In this document: positions 57,204 to 64,000 of the stretch, in pieces
Layout of the letters: every line of letters begins with the position of its first letter
Position numbering within the stretch: position 1 is the first letter of the stretch
From: Octopus vulgaris
Lineage: Eukaryota
Assembly: GCA_951406725.2 (NCBI GenBank)
Contig: OX597831.1
Coordinates: 10,416,001 to 10,480,000 of the forward strand
Direction: 5' to 3'
DNA: 64,000 bases
Position numbers and translations under genes: made by a program
The notes under the pieces: generated by a model
What the model was told of the DNA's origin: nothing
The model's database searches: none
The model's input: the letters and a program-made list of their open reading frames with translations, nothing else

Positions 57204-57552
57204 TTATATAAAGAAAGCATTTTAATATTCTGGCTAGTGATAAAGCTATTTTGAAAAATGTTATCCTTATATTAGAAGTAAATCTATATATATTTATATA
57301 TTTGTCACTTCATGCATTCAAGGTTACACACATTTTTTATTTAGGAGGAATTATGCAAAAGGATACGGAAAAGTAATCCAAAATTTGAGATAGACTAAGA
57401 ATATTGTTGTTTTATCATACACGCTTATCATCTATATCGGAAGAATTTATTCTCTTCTCCATTTGGGATTTAGTACCTTTTGTGTGCGGCTAACGATGAT
57501 TTCATTCGGCTAATGGGAACGTGAGATTTGAAAACTATCCAGAATGAAAGTA
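56989..57552 (+). repeat. ~560-bp copy of 63425-64000, flanked by a 17-bp direct repeat, containing a 5'-truncated hammerhead
   Basis: Near-identical to 63425-64000. cgattttctatttgact at 56972-56988 and 57553-57569. TGATGA a gggatatt...aatatcct a GAAAC agct GTA at 57041-57086. Confidence 0.9.
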
Positions 57553-58724
57553 CGATTTTCTATTTGACTGTCAAACATTTTCTAGACAGTGAAAAATCTA
57601 AAAAACAATCAGCCTGCATTGTGTCTAACACTATATCCATGGTATGGTCGACTTTTCTTGTTGGAACTATAAATGTTTCTTATATATAATATACAACTGA
57701 CCTTTGGTCAAATAATGACCTCATAAGTTTCTACACAAGCTAATTTTATCATTAATTTTAGTATACTTTTGATTAATATTATCTGTGTTGTGGTGCTTTT
57801 TTTATTATATAATTATTTATGTACATAAATTCGAAATTACCTAACACATTATTTGCTACTCCGGTTTTACAAAGTGAGATTATATTTTCAACTTTGAACC
57901 TGAAACCAGTTAATTGTCAGATACATCTATTGTGTGACATCAAGCAGGAAATTAAACAATTGTTTATAACAGTTGTTTAAGCGAATGAATCTACTGTTGT
58001 TAATTAAAACAAAAAAAAATCTATAAGCATATTTTGATCACATATCACAGACGATAAATCTGTTTTGTTATCTGCAAAAAATAAATTGATTTACTTTCTT
58101 ATTTTTTTGTTTCGTCTGAACAATTAGATTTAAATTATAATCATCAGAATCATTATCATCGTTGTCTGAATCAACATGGTGATTATGATGACTATCAACC
58201 TATTCATAGCCATCATAATCATCATTAGCGTTTTCGTCATCATCATCACATTTATCATCGACACGGCTGTAGTTATCGTTCCGTTTGTCTTCATTTCTGC
58301 TTGATTTTTATAGACTTATATTTCAGTGGAATCGATAATAAAGCAAAAACAAAAATGGAGAGAAAAAACCTTTATTATAAAGAGACTTTACTATGCGGCG
58401 CAAAGCACAAATACACACAGAGACATCCATCCGCATTTGCACAATTTATTAGCCTGAAAGATATTTAGATATTTTGGTTGAATCCAATCGGGTTTGGATT
58501 GGGCGATATATTTTATTGTCGTATCACGTAGCATTAGGCTGGATCGTTTACGAATATCTCTACAGAAAGGGATAAAAGGATTTGCAGTACATACATAGGT
58601 TTCTACACACTTTGAATGCTACTCACGCTGCGTTACTTGTTTGCTCGAAAAACATAACAACAGGTAATAATTCAACCGCCCACTACGTTTATCCAATGAA
58701 TCTATATATATATACACACACACA

Positions 58725-58922
58725 CGGCAGTGGGAGGTGGCGATTCCTGCTGTACTCTTTCGCCACAACTTTCTCTCACTCTTTCTTCTGTTGGCCTGCT
58801 CTCTTAGCCAGTGGGATGGCGTCATTTGAAGCCTAAAACAATGCGAAGCGCATTCTGATCAGCGATGTGTAGCAACATCTGATAGCCTGGTCGGTTACGG
58901 TGATCACGGTGATCACGGTGAT
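58725..58922 (+). mobile_element. Retroposon 3'-end fragment with (gtgatcacg)n tail
   Basis: GC-richer segment between microsatellites, ending in three near-perfect 9-mer repeats. Confidence 0.5.
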
Positions 58923-58999
58923 ATATACATATATATGTGTGTGTGCATGTGGGTGGGTGTTATGCAATGCCCTATGTTGTTAACACATTGTCTGAACAG

Positions 59000-59733
59000 A
59001 ATATGTAGTGTTCTCTTTCATAACAACACGTACATTAAAGAGCGTGTGTATAAATATAAATAAACGTTTTTTTTTTTAAATTAGAAGCGTCGAAATATGT
59101 ATTGTACGATAGAAACAGGAAGAAGATTTGTTTTCGATCGCAGCATTGCCTTTAGAACAGCAGAAATAATGGGTAAATAACGTTTTCAAGGCGGAAAATG
59201 TGTCAACAAACCACTAAGGGACTCGAAATCACATGCCTCTAGACTCCGACCGTTCTAATGGCAATACTGCGCTCGAATACACCGGCATCTCGCTGTCAGG
59301 AGATTTCTCACTGAGCAGTTGGCAATCAGATGGTTTGGTCATGTTGGACGAGATGATCAGGTGTTCTGCAAGTAGCCTGCGAGGTCAACGGATTTAACTG
59401 TTTGTGACTTCTTTGTTTGGGGGTTACATGAAGAGCATAATTTACGTACCACCTCTACCTACAAACCTGGAAGAGCTGAAAATTTCGATGACTGAAGCAG
59501 TTTGCAGGGTCACGCCAGATACGCTGCTGAGCGTCAGGACCGAACTGGACTAACGCATCGATGTTGTCCGAGCAACCAGAGGGGCGCACATTAGGGACCT
59601 TTAATGCAACCCTCTACAACATGAAGCTGAATGAAATCCTGCACCTGAAGTTACCGACTGTGAAAGATTATTACAATAAATTTACATGTTCTATCTGTTT
59701 GAAATCAGGGAGTGTTTTTGTGAACACCCTGTA
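59000..59733 (+). mobile_element. Decayed Tc1/mariner-superfamily transposon
   Basis: ~59378-59480 reads PARSTDLTVCDFF/WGYMKSIIYVPPLPTNLEELK (SPDL motif region, with a frameshift). TIR-like end gtttttgtgaacaccctg followed by TA. Left boundary uncertain. Confidence 0.8.
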
Positions 59734-59987
59734 TTTTGGCTTCGTATACGCATTTGTATATATCCATTCAAACAAAGGTGTGTAAAGTTTTCTGAAGGCC
59801 AAAGAGTGTACCGATGAACTGCGGGTGAATCATAACCGTTACGTAATTGAATTACGTAAACAAAACTCTATTAATTCTAGACGCTTCAGTTGCCGCGAAT
59901 AACAACTTGATTTCTGTCAGTTACACGCAAATTCATACATGCATACACATGAACACATGCGTGCCTGCACACATACACACACACACG

Positions 59988-60020
<33 letters not shown>

Positions 60021-60058
60021 GCATGCAAATAAATATATATGTACACACAAGCATACAT

Positions 60059-60255
60059 ACTCTTTTACTTGTATCAGGCATCTGACTGGCTATTGTGGAG
60101 CTCCGCCTTTACTTGAACAAATAGACCCCAGGACTTATTGTTTGCAAGCCTCGTACTTATTATATATGTTTCTTTTACCGAACAACTAGTTTACGAGGCG
60201 GTAAACACACCAATATCGGCGGTAATGCGATGGTGACGGATCCAACACAGACACA
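60059..60255 (-). mobile_element. SINE family A, 3' half
   Basis: tcttttacttg...ctccgcctt...gaccccaggacttatt...gtaaacacacca. Confidence 0.7.
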
Positions 60256-60292
60256 TAAATACATACATATGTATGTATATATATGTGTATGT

Positions 60293-60359
<67 letters not shown>

Positions 60360-60618
60360 ATATATACATATATAAAATTATAACTTATAATTTTATATAT
60401 ATATATATAAATGAAGGACTCGTCTGCGGTACTGTCGTTGATCGTCTACGCTTCGACGCGCTAAATGGCAGGCCACCGGAGTCTGGTTGAAGGACAAACA
60501 CACTGCCATCGGTGCCATCGTTAGAAAGACAGACAGACAGATAATAGATAGATATATAGATAGGTAGATGGATGGATAGATAGATAGATAGATAGATAGG
60601 TAAATAGATAGATGGATG

Positions 60619-60649
<31 letters not shown>

Positions 60650-61088
60650 GGATAGATAGACAGATAGTGAGACAGATTAGCATGACATACATGGATATGT
60701 GTGTGTTTGTATGTATTTTTCTCATTTGAAGCGCAAAAATCACATATACTTTACTAATCACATACTCCTTCACATCAACGTGTATTTATATGTGGCCGCG
60801 TGTGTGTGTGTGAATGTGTGTGAGTGTGTGTGTGTGAGCGTGTATATCTGCACATGTGTGTGAGTTTATTGTTACCAATCTGAAGATGATTATGAGCAAC
60901 TGAACCTAAGGAAATCTGTTTAAATATCACGCGTTTGATTGGATGCTGAAAAACGGTTGGACGTTATTAATTAAAGACAGGCAAGCAGTATGAAGAAAAA
61001 TGAAATGTAAGAAACATTGAGAAAAGTGATATAAAAATGCTATTTCCATATGCAAAACGGAAATAAATGTGTAATATGTATGCATATA

Positions 61089-61333
<245 letters not shown>

Positions 61334-61757
61334 AATTACGTGTGTAGATTTATATTTCCATACAAATATATTAAAGAAATTCAAGATGTGGAAAGTACAT
61401 TTTAAAAAATATATTATAAAAATAATATGAAACTTGAAAGTAGAATAATGGGATAGGTGAATGGTTCGATTTCAAGAAGAGAGTTTCATTTAGGCAGGCA
61501 TTGTTTACTAATCCGGAAAGGAAATTGGGACATCATACCGACCATATATCTATTTCCGTTTACAAACGCCATCATGTGTTCCCCGTATTCCCTATTGGTC
61601 TCTAAATTATTATAATGACATGAAAGAGTATTTTAAGAATCATATTGAGCATTATTCGAAGTTTCTCAAAACTTCACAACTTCGATCTAAAAATTGCAAT
61701 TCAAGAAGCTAATGAAATATTTCTCATTTTTAAATACAAACATCGATCAAGATATGC

Positions 61758-62245
<488 letters not shown>

Positions 62246-62507
62246 TCTCCTCGTTTATATATATAATTACGTTTTTATTATTTTTTTGGCAATTTACTTA
62301 ATCATTCATATTTTATTGTTATTTTAATTTTAATATTTCTATTATATGTAATTTAATCGTTCATATTGAATTGATAAAAGGAGTTTTTTTCCAATTATTT
62401 ATATATATATTTTATTGTGTAAAATTTGATTTAGTATTTCTAAATTGAATTTTTTTGCGCTGTAAGTTTGGATTTATATTCCCTCAAATAATTATTATAT
62501 ATATGTG

Positions 62508-62576
<69 letters not shown>

Positions 62577-62579
62577 TTA

Positions 62580-63292
62580 TAAATGAGGGTGAAAAATTTG
62601 ATTTTAATTTAATAATACCATCAATTTAACACCAAGTGGCTTAGCACATAAAAACCAGGGAGACCATACACATTTATACATAAATATAAGAGAGTGACCA
62701 CTATGTGGTGAACTCTAGTGCTAAAAATACTGGTATAGCCATTAAAAGTTGTTTCCAAGAAGAAATAACGTTACATTTAACGTAAGGAAAGTGAAATATA
62801 ACGAAAAAATAGATTAACACTGAACAATTGTTTCATTATTAGTGTAATATGCAATTTTACTTACACAACATCTATAAATCATCGGCAGAGGTTTCTCTTA
62901 AATACAATTTATTAGACCTTCACGAGCGTCAAATATACATGTGGTGTAATCGATTGTATTCGTAGTTATGATTCAAATTCCCCCGCCAAAAACATGATAA
63001 AACTCACTGGAAGCGAATACCACACGTGTATTTGACGCTCATGAAGGTTTAATAAATTGTATTTAAGACAAACCTCTGCCGATGATTTATAGATGTTGTG
63101 TAGGTAAAATTGCATATTACATTAATAATGAAACAATTGTTCAGGGTTAATCTAGTTTTTCGTTATATTTCACTTTCCTTACGTTAAATGTAATGTTATT
63201 TATTCTAGGAAACAACTTTTAGTGGCTATACCAGTAACGGAGCTATTTTTAGCACTAGAGTTAACCACATAGTGGTCACTCTCTTCTATTTA

Positions 63293-63299
<7 letters not shown>
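62580..63299. ncRNA. ~270-bp-arm fold-back with a hammerhead motif in each arm, between (TA)n tracts
   Basis: Arms 62675-62945 and 63019-63299. Plus strand: aacctctg CCGATGA (63079-63085) t ttat...ataa t GAAAC (63130-63134) aatt GTT cagggtt. Unique tail at 62580-62674. Confidence 0.8.
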
Positions 63300-63342
<43 letters not shown>

Positions 63343-63424
63343 CATATCTATTTGGAATAATACACATATATACCATTATGCCTATAAAATGGATGTATGA
63401 ACTCAATACCCATACATATCTTAC

Positions 63425-64000
63425 ATATATTTTCTTTCCTCCACCTCACTCTCTATTTATATCATATCGAAATGTGATGAAGGGATATTATTATTAATTA
63501 ATATCCTAGAAACAGCTGTAAGACCTTCTATCATAAATGCTCTAATATCTATACAGCCTTGGTTTTTTTCATCGCATTACGCAAGATTTCATATATATAT
63601 ATATATATATATTTATTTATTTATATAAAGAAAGCATTTTAATATTCTGGCTAGTGATAAAACTATCTTGAAAAATGTTATCCTTATATTAGAAGTAAAT
63701 CTATATATATATATATCTATATATTTGTCACTTCATGCATTCAGGAAATCATGCATTCAAGGTTACACACATTTTTTATTTAGGAGGAATTATGCAAAAG
63801 GATACGGAAAAGTAATCCAAAATTTGAGATAGACTAAGAATATTGTTGTTTTATCATACACGCTTATCATCTATATCGGAAGAATTTATTCTCTTCTCCA
63901 TTTGGGATTTAGTACCTTTTGTGTGCGGCTAACGATGATTTCATTCGGCTAATGGGAACGTGAGATTTGAAAACTATCCAGAATGAAAGTACGATTTCTA
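63425..64000 (+). repeat. Second copy of the duplicated segment (runs to the window end), with truncated hammerhead at 63475-63520
   Basis: Near-identical to 56991-57562. Carries an extra 16-nt local duplication at ~63733-63760. Confidence 0.9.

Overview
This is AT-rich, microsatellite-dense eukaryotic non-coding DNA, intronic or intergenic. The SINE families and the (TA)n load suggest a cephalopod such as Octopus (inference). No host protein-coding gene can be supported, and most long ORFs are microsatellite artefacts. Recognisable content: two abundant tRNA-derived SINE families, a 5'-truncated CR1-type LINE RT fragment, R4/Dong-like and APE-LINE fragments, three decayed Tc1/mariner transposons, and one Helentron-type HINE. 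The most striking signal is a dispersed set of short, sequence-diverse elements, often fold-back or palindromic, lying in or next to (TA)n tracts. About ten of them carry type I hammerhead ribozyme motifs (CUGANGA...GAAAC...GUH) with pairing stems, several with a recurrent CCGANGA core or a long structured stem II insert. They look like non-coding Penelope-like pLTR or retrozyme-type relics. Also seen: a SINE/LINE shared 3' stem-loop with compensatory changes, and a ~560-bp local copy flanked by a 17-bp direct repeat.
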